Assembly (NCBI GenBank): GCA_050230475.1
Contig: JBFLGF010000229.1
Span: forward strand, 1 to 64,000
Origin: Ancylonema sp.
Taxonomy: Eukaryota
Direction of reading: 5' to 3'
Length of the DNA stretch: 64,000 nt
How positions within the stretch are numbered: position 1 is the stretch's first letter; each line of letters starts with the position of its first letter. The notes under the pieces were generated by a model that saw nothing but the letters and a program-made list of their open reading frames with translations, did no database searches and was not told the origin of the DNA. A program made the position numbers and the translations under genes. Shown here in pieces: positions 25,301 through 37,448 of the stretch.

Positions 25301-27436
25301 TCTCCTCTCAGTCCCCTCGGCATCCTCAGGAACAAGAATGCCAGCCACCAATTGAGATGCCAGGTGTCAGTTCCTCACTGGACTGCCAGCTCTCTAGTGG
25401 GCGTGAGGATGAGCACTCGGGGGGCCGCCACACGCCGAGGGCGGTACAGAAGGCGCTCCAGGATTGGGAGGGCAAATGCAGCGGTCTGAGGGAGGGGGGT
25501 CAGGGGTTGGAGGGGTCACGGCTCGTGGTGGGTGTGGAAGGTGCTACAAAATCCTCAAAACTGACCCCTTCGTTCTGTATCAGTAACAGTCGATTTGAGG
25601 AATATCAATCAGAGCTTCTACGATCGTTTGCGAGAACTAGTCGTGACAGTTATTTCAGGGTTTTTCTCGGGTATCTCTTTCTGGTCGCAAGGGAAGGGGT
25701 TCACGGAAGGCCACACTCCTTCATCTCACCCCGGATACATACACATGTTCTGCACTGTAAGTGGTGACATGGCTTACTAGTATACAACTCCGTACAGTCA
25801 AATCTACTGAACAAGACACATTGAAAGCTAAACCTGTCGTCATGACAGCTCTCGAATCTCATTACGACTTACCCTCCCCTCTCCACCCACACTGCGGCCC
25901 AAGAAAGTTTGCTAGGGAGAGAGGGGGGAGATATTACCTCTAGATCTGTCGCTAGATGGAGTGAAGTTCGGGTTTGGGTGTAGGGTTCGGATTCCGGATT
26001 TAAAATTTAGGGTTCAGGAGTAGGGTTTCGGGTCTTTGTGATGCCGAGGTGATACCTTCCCAGACCCTGTCATGGCACTTCCGCATATGTCCCGCCCAGT
26101 GAGAGCCAATGGGACGCAGGCAGCCTGTCGAGTAACCCAAATCCAAACCTTCTAATTGTGAGAGCACTGAAGTGTAGACACACCCTATGAAAGTGTACTA
26201 TCATCCTTGTCACTCCAACTATTTGAAAACCCTAAACCCTAAAAATCCTGAACAAACCCAGTACTCGTTGCTTGTTGCACAAATCAGAGACAGCAGGTCA
26301 AGTGGTACCTGAATCGGTGTTGGTTTTGAGTATCCCAAGGCTTCACATGCTTTGATCAGAGGTCGAGAAATTTTCAGTTCAGCAAAGGATCGAGCACTGA
26401 AGGAAGTTCCTTCGCCAGCTGGCGAAAAAAACTTTCCCGGGCGGGCTTGTTGTTGCGGGTTTTTGGGGCGTCTCTTTCTGAACCCTACTCGATCGCTTCT
26501 CATTCTGCTCACACACACGGGCAGACCTGATGAGCATTTTGAATTTGAATAAAACAAAGTAGGTTCTCTACTTGGTCGGTGAGTGATAGCCATGGGTATC
26601 TCTATTACATGCCACATAATATACTGCAGTTAGGGCCTAATTTGCGTTCTTTGTCTTTACTTCGGTCGCTTCTCTCGTCTGAGATATACTCTTCTAGGGC
26701 CCATAACAATACTAAGGCGATCGCCTCAGGCAGTGATGCTTTTAATCCAACATGTTGCATATATTGTCCACACTACTATCCACTTTATTTCCAACTTCAA
26801 TATCCACTTTTTCTTCGGTCTACCTCCCGGACCCTGCCCCAAAACAAATACCAACTCTAAGAGTTTCCTACATTCAACACGCCTCCTTCGCCATTCCTCA
26901 TACAGAAGTTGCGGAAAGGTGCACCCCATCCTGCTCGCCCCAGCCTCCTCCTGACCCCACTTCCCGAACATGCATTCCCTCACCTCCGCGTTTTCCCTCT
27001 CCCGCCTCTCCTCCACTTCCTCTTCCACGTCAGTACCACTGTCCTCTTCCTCATCTTCCTCCTCTTCCTCTTCCTCCTCCGCTTCTTCCCCCTGTTCGTT
27101 TTCAGAATCTTCTCTACCGTTTAACTTCTCAGCCCTCTGTCCCTTCATATCGGCGTCATCAGGCACTGAATCATCCGTCCCATTCTGATCCCCTCGTAGC
27201 TTTTGGTCTTCATCTGCACCCCCCTGGCCAACGGCGGGGCTATTCCAAAGATGCTTTCGCTTTTTTATTAGAGCTTTGGCCTGCATCTGGCGCTGAATTT
27301 TATGGTCCACGGAAGTTGTGCGATTCTGGGCATGCTCCAAATCGAGAGCCCGCGAGATTCCCGGGATTTCCCACGCATCTTGCTTGGCTGGCACGGATGG
27401 AAAGGCGCCATCGTCAAATCTGAACCCAGGATCCAT
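22322..27436 (-). CDS. RH28: DEAD-box RNA helicase 28 / DDX27 / Drs1 (60S biogenesis), multi-exon
   Basis: Q motif (GYSKPTPIQ), [68 protein letters not shown], acidic N-terminus, and a basic C-terminus ending KSKARYKRRN* (stop 22322-22324). Confidence 0.93.
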
Positions 27437-29737
27437 TTCCCGGGATTCCAATGCTCACAGGGAACTTCAGGAGCTCGCGCCAGATTCAGTACATATCCTG
27501 TGAAACCTGTGACAAAAAATCGCGAGAAACGAGCGGATGGCCAAGAAATAAATTCTTTCTGTATAGTGCAGCTGCTATACACAGAAGGCACAACGCCATA
27601 AGGTAACTACGTCATTATGGCAGTACTCGACATTGCTCGAGTAAGTTGGTAGCAATATCATGCCACCTGACACAGTAGGTGACACTCAGGTGCGTCCAAT
27701 GCGTGCGACGCTGCGTTGAACTATGCTCCGAGCATGAATGTACAACGCTTCATCAAAGTGTCGAGTGTGCCAAATTTGGCTTTGAAAGGGGCGCGGCAGG
27801 CGGCATCGAAAGTTGGCAGTGCAAGGTTTGAGACTTTGACTGCTGACCATTTGGAGTCGGTCAATGCTGCTGACCATGACTTGTGCGTGGCTCTCTAGGT
27901 GGAACCGTGGATTCAGACCTAGCTTCCAAACTTTTAGACGCTATGTCTGATATTTTGTTTCGAAACGTTTTCCACGACTTTTACTTGTAATGCGTCCGTG
28001 TGAACAGGCGAACTTAATTTTGGTCATAAAGTGCACTATTTATTTCATGCCGCGTGTACTATGCAGGATCGCCCATCTTCGCGATCCGGACTGTGTGAAT
28101 AGCGACATTCCAACGGCTCGTCGGCATCATGCTAGTCTTCGAACTTCGAACGAATGCAATGCGCGAGTGCCCTGACAAGCACTCGCCAGGTCCTCAGCAA
28201 TTCCTGCTCTGCCATGAATTTACCTGTACGGATGTAACTCCTGCGCAATATCATGCACAGTTCCCTACCAAGAACGCAATTTTTCTGATCCGATTCTTAT
28301 TTTGGTTAAGGATAGCCCTTCACAGATGCGGTAGGCCTGGGTAGAAAGCTGAAAGGCTGTATAGATAGGCAAGGCATCCCGTTTCTCTGCTGAGCTGCAT
28401 GTGCATAAACTAGTCAGGATGGTAAAATACCTGCATTTTGAGTAGATTCTTGAATCTTCACTGCAACTCTTGCCTGTTGTTACAGATATCGCGCTTTCTA
28501 AGGAGGTAAGCTATTTTAGCAGTGAAGACATTTCCATAGTTGAAATTTAGAATCAATTGCACAAAATTCCTAACATGACACGCATCACGAGAAAACTAAA
28601 TTTTAAGAGGAAAATTAGCAGCCAAAAAATAAATTGGTGCAGGGAGTCTGAGGTGTGCTTGCCTGCATAATGACAGTTTTGGACAGCCTCTTCTGTATCA
28701 ATTGTATGAAATGCAACATGTAGCACGTTTAAAATTCCCTTGTTCTCTACTATAGAACTAATGACTCTGTCCGAACGCTTCCATGCCATTAGTAGCAGCG
28801 GTCCTTGGATCGAGTAGGGGTGCTTGCACAGGTCTGTAATATGAGTATTACCTTCGCCGAGTCAAGGTTTCAAATGTGAAGTCACAGACATGTTATTGTC
28901 TGCGCATTTATCGATTTTCTGAGGTGCCTCTGAATCGTGGAGTTTTCTAGCAAATGTATGGAGGAGACTTGTCAAAGATATCTGTCGGACGAAGAGGGCG
29001 CAGGTGACTAAGATTTAACCAAGTTTTACAGCGGCCCCAGCATAGTGACACTACCATTTCAATTCCACACGACTCTGGCTCGATTCATTCAAAGATTAGC
29101 ACTTACTGCACCCCTCATCACATCTCGAGCAGACTGCACACATCTGCTGAGTCAGCTGAAGGTAACACTCCAATCTGACGGTTGATTCTCCTCTCAGAAG
29201 GCAGGCAATGGAAGATCCTAAGGTGATGTGTGTCTTCCAAAGCCAGCAGCAACAACTTGCATCTCCTGTAAGAATCTCACCTTTTCCCTTTCTTCGCCTC
29301 CCCTTTGGTAACATCACTCTGCATTGAAAACAACTGTTGGTGCACTTCCTTCAAAGTCTGCATCAGCGATGCATGATGACATGACCTACAATAGCATAGA
29401 AATGTAGGATTTGAAAGGGGAAGGAAGGGAGAAGAGAAAAAAGCTTGATTGAAGAAGTTCGACCGCATTATTCCAGCACCTGCTCCCATCAAAATTTGCC
29501 TTAAAGAAAACTTCCAGCAGGATGGCAGTCACATAGATGCAACTCCATTGTGAGCTCCGAGGGCATTCGGTGAGAATCCACCAATCCACACAAATTTATA
29601 GATCACAGACATCAAACCCTGCTTCCCTACATCTCAGACAAACACAAGGGTGAGCACCATCCCGACACACTGTTTGCTGCATGCACCACATTATCAGCAC
29701 CTCAGACAACTTCAGTCCTTCGCTCTCCTGTTGCAGA

Positions 29738-32700
29738 TACCGAAAAAAGCCCAGCCCCCATCCCCCAATTCACCCTTTCAATTTTCCTCTGCCAGCGACG
29801 AGCACACCATCCAACCTCCACCACCCTCCTCTCACCCCCACCCTCACCGTCTCTTCCCACTCCCCACTGGATCTCCTTACCCCTCTCGACCCCACCCTAC
29901 CAAAAGACGGACTCATAAGAACCCTTCCGTCAGAGCCCTGTTGACGACACCTGCGCCCTCCCCAGAGGAGGTGACTCTTACCCCCGAGGCGTCTGAATTC
30001 CTGAACCCTGAACCCGTAGCAGTGCCAAAGCCATCTCTATCTCCTACCAAACCCAGCCCCACCCCCCCTTCCTCCAGCCCTCCCTCCTGGTCCCAAATCC
30101 AAGCTGCACAATGCCTTCAATTCCTGCAGCAACCCACCCACCTGCCCTGCCCCCCATCCCACCCCCACGCTTCCCAGCCCCTCCCACAGCCCTCTGCCAG
30201 CAAGCCTGCTGCACCCCATGGAGTGTGTCGGGTGAGGGATGGGAGGCCCATCGTTCTAGCTCTACCTGCGTGTGCGGAAACTCGACCAAGTGGCAAGAGC
30301 ACCGTGATTGCAGCCCACGCCCACGCTCCCCCCCGGAGACCTCCCCACCCCCCTCCACCATCACGCAGCCTGGAAAAGGTGTTGGCTGAGAGCGTGGTGG
30401 AGTCCGTGATCGCCAAGTATGTGGACAGGCATGGAGGTGGTGCGTTTTGCCCATTCGAGGGGGATATGTGGTTGGGGAACGCAGAGGAGAGCAAGTGCAT
30501 GCCGCCGCCTTACCTCACTATCCGTAAAAGTGAGTCCCTTAAACCCCTCTACTTACCTCGAGGAAGTAAGGCCGACATGCCGGCTGTCGCACACGTCAAG
30601 CCTTGTGGGCCAGGCTCAGAAGGGGTCTCGGATTTGGGGTTCAGACGAGTATGTGGGGATGGGCGGCACGAAGAGGCGGAGGGAGGCGGACATTCAGCAG
30701 TGCGAGTGCCAGGGGGGGTGCGACAAAGACTGCCTCTGCGCGTGAGTTCGGCCTGACCGCGCGTCAGTTGCCAAAGAGTACGTTTGTTTCGTGGCCCTCA
30801 CCTTCCTCCCCCCCCCTCCGTCCAGCATGCTCTTCTCTTGGTGCGGCAAGGAGTGCGGGTGCGGCGCCTCTTGTTCCAACCCGGCCTTCCACCTCCGACC
30901 CACACCCAAACTCAAGCTCATCAAGGTCCGCCTGCACGACTAGTGCTGTGTGTCGGAGGGTATCATAATTTTTTGGGAGGAGGTGGGGTGGGCCCAATGG
31001 GAAGAGTGAGTGAGGTTGGGGTGGCTGGGCGGTTGGGTGGTGCAGACTGAGCAGTGCGGTTGGGGTGTGGTGGCGGCGGAGGCCATAGCAGCAGGGCAGT
31101 TTGTGGTAGAGTATGTGGGGGAAGGTGAGGGAGACCTCCCAACGCAACCTCTGCATACGCAAGAAGATAGGTATCGATAATTAAATAGATAGATATTCTT
31201 CAACCACCAAATGTGATGCACCTACTCGTGTCTCTTACCCCCCTCTCCCCCCCCCTCTGGCAGTAATCGACGACGCCACCTGCGAGCAGCGGCTGTGGGA
31301 CGTGCACGACACGGAGGAGCAGAACTTTTACTTGCTGGAGGTTGGGCGGGAGCAGACCATTGACGCGACTTTCAAGGGGAACTGGTCCAGATTTATCAAC
31401 CACAGCTGCCAACCGAACTGCGAAATCAAAAAATGGTGAGGAAGTGCAACGCGGAAGAGGTGGGACGGGGGGAGGGGGGGGGGGTAGGACTGATGTGGCG
31501 TCTCACGAGTGGTGTGCAGGCAAGTGGATTCCGAGGTTCGAGTCCCGATTTTCGCGATCCACGACATCAGCGCAGGGACCGAGCTCTCCTACGACTACCA
31601 GTACGTCACAGAAACCCAAATCTAGCACCCTTCTCCCTCGTTCATCCAGTCATGGGCGTCCACCTGGCCTTGCATCACATGCTGTCTAGACTCTTTTCAA
31701 CTATGATGGGTGGGGCGCCCCCGCCTCCACAGGTTTGTGCCTTTTGGAGCGGCCAAGGAGTGCCACTGTGGGGCCGCCACCTGTCGCGGCTTCCTGGGCG
31801 CTGGGAACTCCACCCCCGCCTCTCGGTCCTCAAGGCGACCTCCCGTTGCCACGGGTTCGAAGAAAGGGGACGCAAAGGAGGCGGATGTGGGGGACCGGGT
31901 GCGCATCTGGTGGCCTCTGGAGCAAAAGTTTTTCAGCGGAGTGGTGTCTGAGTTGAGCGAGGAGGGGGGGCGCCACCTCATCACCTATGATGACGGGGAG
32001 GAAGAGTTTGTGGTTCTGAAAAACGAGAAGTGGCGGTTGGAGGGACCCAAAGTGATGGGGTTGAGACAGGTGGGTGGGGGCGGAATCAACGGGGGGGAGG
32101 GGTTGGGGGGAGTGGGGGGGTGAGGGGGATAAATCTGACCCCTGGGTGTGGGTTTTGGTCGGGGATGCAGAGGGTAGACAGGCGGGCAGTGCAGCAGCTG
32201 GTGGGGGTGCGGTTGCGCATCTGGTTTTCGGAAAAGCATAGGTGGGTGGGTGGCAATGCGAGAGGGTGAGGGCATGCTGCGGGCGTTGGGAAGGAAGTGG
32301 AATGGGTCGCAGGGGAAGCAGTTGAGAAGATTGGGGCGCATGTTGCTTTTGTTATGTGACGATGAAGCTGCATTGCGGGGTTGAGTTTGTTGTTGAGTTT
32401 GTGAAGTGATGATCATTTATTTTGTGCGGCAACTGAAATGATCATCAGCTTTGTGTGAGAACTGGATCGTGTATGTTCCGAATCGATGATTCTGTATTGC
32501 GTCTCCATGACTGTTTCTTGCTGTTCAGGTTTGAAGAGGGGGTGGTGGAGGAGACGAGTGTCATCATGGGGGCGCCATTGGTTCTGGTAGGCATGGGACG
32601 TGAACATGTGGGGGAGGGGTTAGGGTTTAATAAGTGAATGTGTGTGAATGGGAATGTGTGATCGTGCACAGCGAGATTATTGTGTCACTTCAGTGGTAGC

Positions 32701-32851
32701 GGATTTTTTATTTTTGTTTTTTTGCCTTTTTTTTGTTTGTTTGGTGTCCTCCCACCGAACAAACGACCGGGTCGCCATTAATCTGAACGAGCAACGATGG
32801 GAGCAACTCTCCTGTCCGAATCCGAGTCAAGCACGGCGAGTGTTCGTTTGA
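29738..32851 (+). CDS. ASHR3: ASHR3/SDG4-type histone-lysine methyltransferase (AWS-SET-postSET) with C-terminal Tudor-like domain(s); 5' exons probably in ~28480-29550 but unresolved
   Basis: PPPYLTIRK, Cys-rich AWS (CECQGGCDKDCLC..CGKECGCGASCSN), GWGVVAAE..FVVEYVGE, CEQRLWD, IDATFKGNWSRFINHSCQPNC, ELSYDY, postSET CHCGAATCRGFLG, then Tudor-like GDRVRIWWP..YDDGEEE..LKNEKW. Last exon uncertain. Confidence 0.85.
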
Positions 32852-34080
32852 CGACTAAGAAATGATGGGAAACGACGGTGTAAGTGTAGGTTATGTCATG
32901 CCCATGCGATGTGCACACATCCTCGTAATACGAGTGGTGCACCTGCGTCTATTGCTAATGTTTGTAGAGAGGAAAAGGAGAAAGGATTTCTTTCGCACGC
33001 GCACGCTAGGTGACATGACTGTGAGCAGCCAACAAAATTGTTACAAGATAAGCAGTAAATGCGGCCCATGGAGATAGTGAACGTAGCTAGAATCACCAGA
33101 AAAGTCTTTAAGTTAGCATTTATGTGAAGTGGGCTCCACTATTTTTCGCCGGTGCAGAGTTTGTACGCTAGAAACTGGAATTCCTTGTTTTCGTTCTGAA
33201 GTAGTCATGTACCCACAACAATAGCGATGTGTAGATTGGATAGACTCTAGATGTTGTTTATGAGTGATGTTTCAAGGAGAGGTTTGGCTAGCGATGTGCA
33301 ATTATAGAACATGAAGAAGTTGGTAGCGTGGTTCAGCGCGTCTCCCAAATCAATGTCTAGCAACTAAGGAAAGACAAAAAGCACGGTCGCCTCTCATTGT
33401 TGGGAGAAGTGGTATAAATGTGAGTCACATATTACTTCCCGTCGCAAGGACTCATTGGGCCATGGATCAACATTGCTCTGCGGCTGGATTGAGAGTAGTG
33501 TCAATGTGAATGCTTGCGTGACTCAATTATTTGATACAAATCAATTATTACTGCATATATTCTTCAACGGAATATGCTAAGAGCCCGACACCAAGTGTAA
33601 GTCTTGTAGGGAAGGAACTACTTTGACAAGCTCCTGCCCTTGCAGTCATCAAAACGTGTATCCTTTCGACGCGGACAAAATTGTACACATCATAATTGGG
33701 GTAAAGTCATTTTGGATGATACAAGTTGTCGGCCACTTCTCAACCCTTGCTAACGTCATGAAGTTGAAGTGCCACGACACTGTATCATCTTCACAATAGC
33801 ATGTTGTGTCGACAACGTTTTCAACATCCACCTTTTATGTGACACCTTCAGAACCAGGATTTTCAAGTGCTTCGTCACAAACATTTTTGGGGTCAACATC
33901 ACAACACTGAAAAATTGTACTAAATCCACTCTTCAATTGTGTAATGCAATGAGGGCTTCCCTTCTTGCATCTCCTCGTACAGCACTAGCAACGGCAATAC
34001 TTTTTAGTCTCAGTATGTATCGATCCACAAAACATTGCGTCCATCTTTGTACACCTTTGTTTAGACTTCGAGCATTGGCC

Positions 34081-36947
34081 CTACACAATCGCCGCAGATT
34101 CGGATTGCGAAGCTACTAACATTCTTAAATAATCACAAATCTTAGTCACCATGGGGGCTGCAGAAGCCTCATTATCCACAATCATGTGCTCCGTCGCTTC
34201 CACAACCAAAACGGGACACCCATCCAAAGCTGCATGAGTCAAACCTCCGGCCAATCGCACTGATGGTCTCTCGAGCGATGCACCTTCCACACCACCATCA
34301 TCTGCACAACCCAAGAATATATCGACATTTATCAGAAAGAAAATAGAATCTGGAAATCGAAATCCACCAAACTCCATCCTTCCACCTCCAAAGATGGTCA
34401 CAAAATATTCCCCAAAAAGCAATGTTGTTCGTCCACATCTCATCAAGCACACTGCTTACAAAGCCATTCTATACAATTCCATTTTCATTATCACATTCAA
34501 ACATTCAATCTTGGAATGGAACATCAACATCCTCCCCGCCCTCTTCTTTAACATATAATCCATCACATATCGGAGCACTTAGTGCCCAGATGGACTTACT
34601 TGGATGTGACGTGGCTGCTTCCGCACCATAGGCTCCTTGTATGAACCACGCCTCGTGCTTCTGATGCCAAGACTCCAAGTACTCCAACGGGACTCCCGAC
34701 TCCTCAGACCTCCCTCTGGGAAAGCAAACAGGACTGTTAGATTGCTCTCCCATGAAGAGATGTGTGGGGCTTTCGATAGAGCAGATCTGCTGCTGCCATA
34801 CCTTCTCTTCAAACGATTGAAGCACACCTCGGGGGAGGCTTGGAGGTAGACAAAGGAATCGGGGACCTGGACAGCAAGAGCATGGGAAGGAGGGCACGTC
34901 ACAAAGCAGTATGCAACGAGATTCACACTTTCATCTTGTCGGAATTGAGCGCATGATTTGCATCGGAGCTGTGGCTATGGGCAGAGATTGACCGTGGATT
35001 GACAGAGGAATCCTGGTATGGGAGAGGAGTGTCAAGGGACGCACATGCCTGGGACGACACCTATTGGTTGCTTCAGAAAACGAGAGAACACATTTCTTCT
35101 ATTTCTTTGCATGTCCCTCGGGTCAATTGAGCCAGGTAGCTCCATAGCGGGTCCCAAATGTCAAACAACATCCAGGATAAAATGACGCAAATGTCCAAAA
35201 AGTGTGAAAGTACGTTATCATACAACATTGTAGATCGTTTTATACGTGCCCTGGTGGAAGTGGAAGGTATGGTGAGAAAGAAAGGCGTTACCAGGTTGGG
35301 TAGCGACGACAGCACGGGGTCGTACCACGCGTTGTACGCAGCAGTTTCCAAGGGAGTGAAGGTGCCAGACTCGATGGCCGAGGCTGCGAACACGCAGCGA
35401 TCCGTGAAAACGGACCGTTCCGACAAGCGAAGACCATTGGGGTTGTTGACAGCTCCAGAGTGGTGCTGCACGAAGCGCGTGAGGACCACAAAGTTCTGAA
35501 AGAGGTAGCCGTACCTGCGAGGGGCAAGGTACAAGATGCGGGATCGAAATGGGAGCGTGAAGGGGGGGGGGGGGGGGGAGCCTGGCTTGGGATGGGCTGG
35601 GGAGGTGCAGGGGAGGCAGTTTGTTTGGGGGTTCATATTCGCATGCATGTACATGTAGTCGGCAGCAGTACTGTGCCAGCTGTCAGTTTGCGTGATCAGG
35701 ATCCATGCATGAACTGCTCCCTGATGCCCTTCGCTCCGCCAGATGTCAATTTCTCATTCAGGATCGGAGTGGAAGTACCCACTGACTGATAACCCCGCCA
35801 CCACATTGGTCCCCCTCTTCTTCCCCTCCCCCCCTTTTCGTTTACTTGATATTGATCCTGTGTGTCAAAACGGACATGCAGACTGACAGGAGGGACTCGC
35901 TTTTCGTTTTTTGGAGCGTACGGAGGAGTATGGCAGCTGGCGTGTTTGTGAGGCCTCACCGTTTGGGGTCGTCGTAGAATGCGTTGAGCATGTTGAGGCC
36001 TGTCCCATTCACATCCTGCCACTGCTGGAGAGGCTCCTGAAGAACTTCAACGCTCCTGAAAGCAGTGGAGCAGCGCGTGAGCACCATGCCATTCTGGTTG
36101 GAGGGTCAGCATACTGTGTCCTGTTTCATCGAGACTTCAATTTCGAGCCCCACCAAGGAGTGTGATTCTGCACTGAACCACTTCCTCGAAACTTCCTCGA
36201 AAATGAGTATTGGAGAGTACGAGTGCTACATGCCCCCCTCCTGGTGTTCCATATTTCTAATTTGGACGACATGTCATCCAGGGAGAAAACGCAGAGCTTG
36301 TACATCGCCTGATTTTCGTGCCCCATCCCTCTCACTACAGCCGCCGGACCATCTTAAGTATGTTTAAAAGCAAGGCTTTCGCTGAAATGGAATGTAGTGA
36401 GAATGTTGAAAATCTGAGTGTAGCGTGTTTCCAGTACGGAGCATTCTCAGTGAATCACATGCGATACTTTTGGCAGAAATTCTTACATCAGCTTCTGGAG
36501 CTCCTGCGAAACCAAACGTAACAGCGTCGACTTTCCTACACCTATGTTGCCTTCGAAGGAAATAGTCAGCCCCTTCTTCAACAGAGGTAAGTTGTTTGAT
36601 ACTCCCTTCATCGGAGGAAAATGAGACTGCGAAAACTGCAGTTCAGTCGGTGACTCTATTTGCTGAACCGTTGAGGAATTTAGCCTTGGAGAATGTAGTT
36701 TTGGTATCTTAGGTGCAAAAAAAATCCCTTCCGCGGCTTCGTCGACACAACTTGGTGCTCTGACGGTGCGTCTTTTATGGGGACTTCCTTCACGAGGCGA
36801 ACTTGAAAGGGCCGAATTGCGATCACGGGTGCATTTCAAAGACACAGTTTCCTGTAGACCCTGTCTAAATTTAGTCTCAGAAGGTGTGGCACTAGATTTC
36901 CGTATGTTTAAGGGGCAGCTGACCCAGAGCGCCTGTGCTGCCACCAT
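34081..36947 (-). CDS. dNK: Deoxynucleoside kinase (dNK/dCK family) with likely organellar transit peptide, multi-exon
   Basis: P-loop ISFEGNIGVGKST, EPLQQWQDV, FYDDPKR|YGYLFQ, ERSVFTDR, PDSFVYLQASPEVCFNRLKRR, EE..VPLEYLESWHQKHEAW. Start at 36947 inferred. Confidence 0.88.
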
Positions 36948-37448
36948 GGAAAGCCGGCGGCAAACGTCTCCAGACTCGCACACGTTATCTCTAGACGAAA
37001 ATGGAATAAAGATGATTTGAAACTAATGACAGAGACTTTCACGTCTAACGCCCTGAACACTAATTGGGTGGTCGAGGAGATACCGTGCCGGTGATAGCAT
37101 CGGATGAGGGGAAAAAACTGCTGCGAGCAGACTCGGAGGGGAAGGATTGACCGCAGCGCTATGTCGGCACTCTAATGCAGCCTGGCGCAAATATTGTCCT
37201 CATTCTACCTTGAGGTCATTCACCAACATGCGGCGGCGGCGGCGCAATATTAGCCTTACGCGTACCAGTTGGCACGTCGAGCTATCAGACAGGTGGCTTA
37301 AGAAGCTTCTGACAAGTTGCTGCGCATTTTCGCAAGATGAAGGAATTCCTGCGTCTCGGGAAATGACAGGAGTGTGGTCATACAATACTTCAACTTCTTG
37401 CTGCAGCGTATATCCTCGCTATCAATTCCCCAATTTTAGCTCTACATC

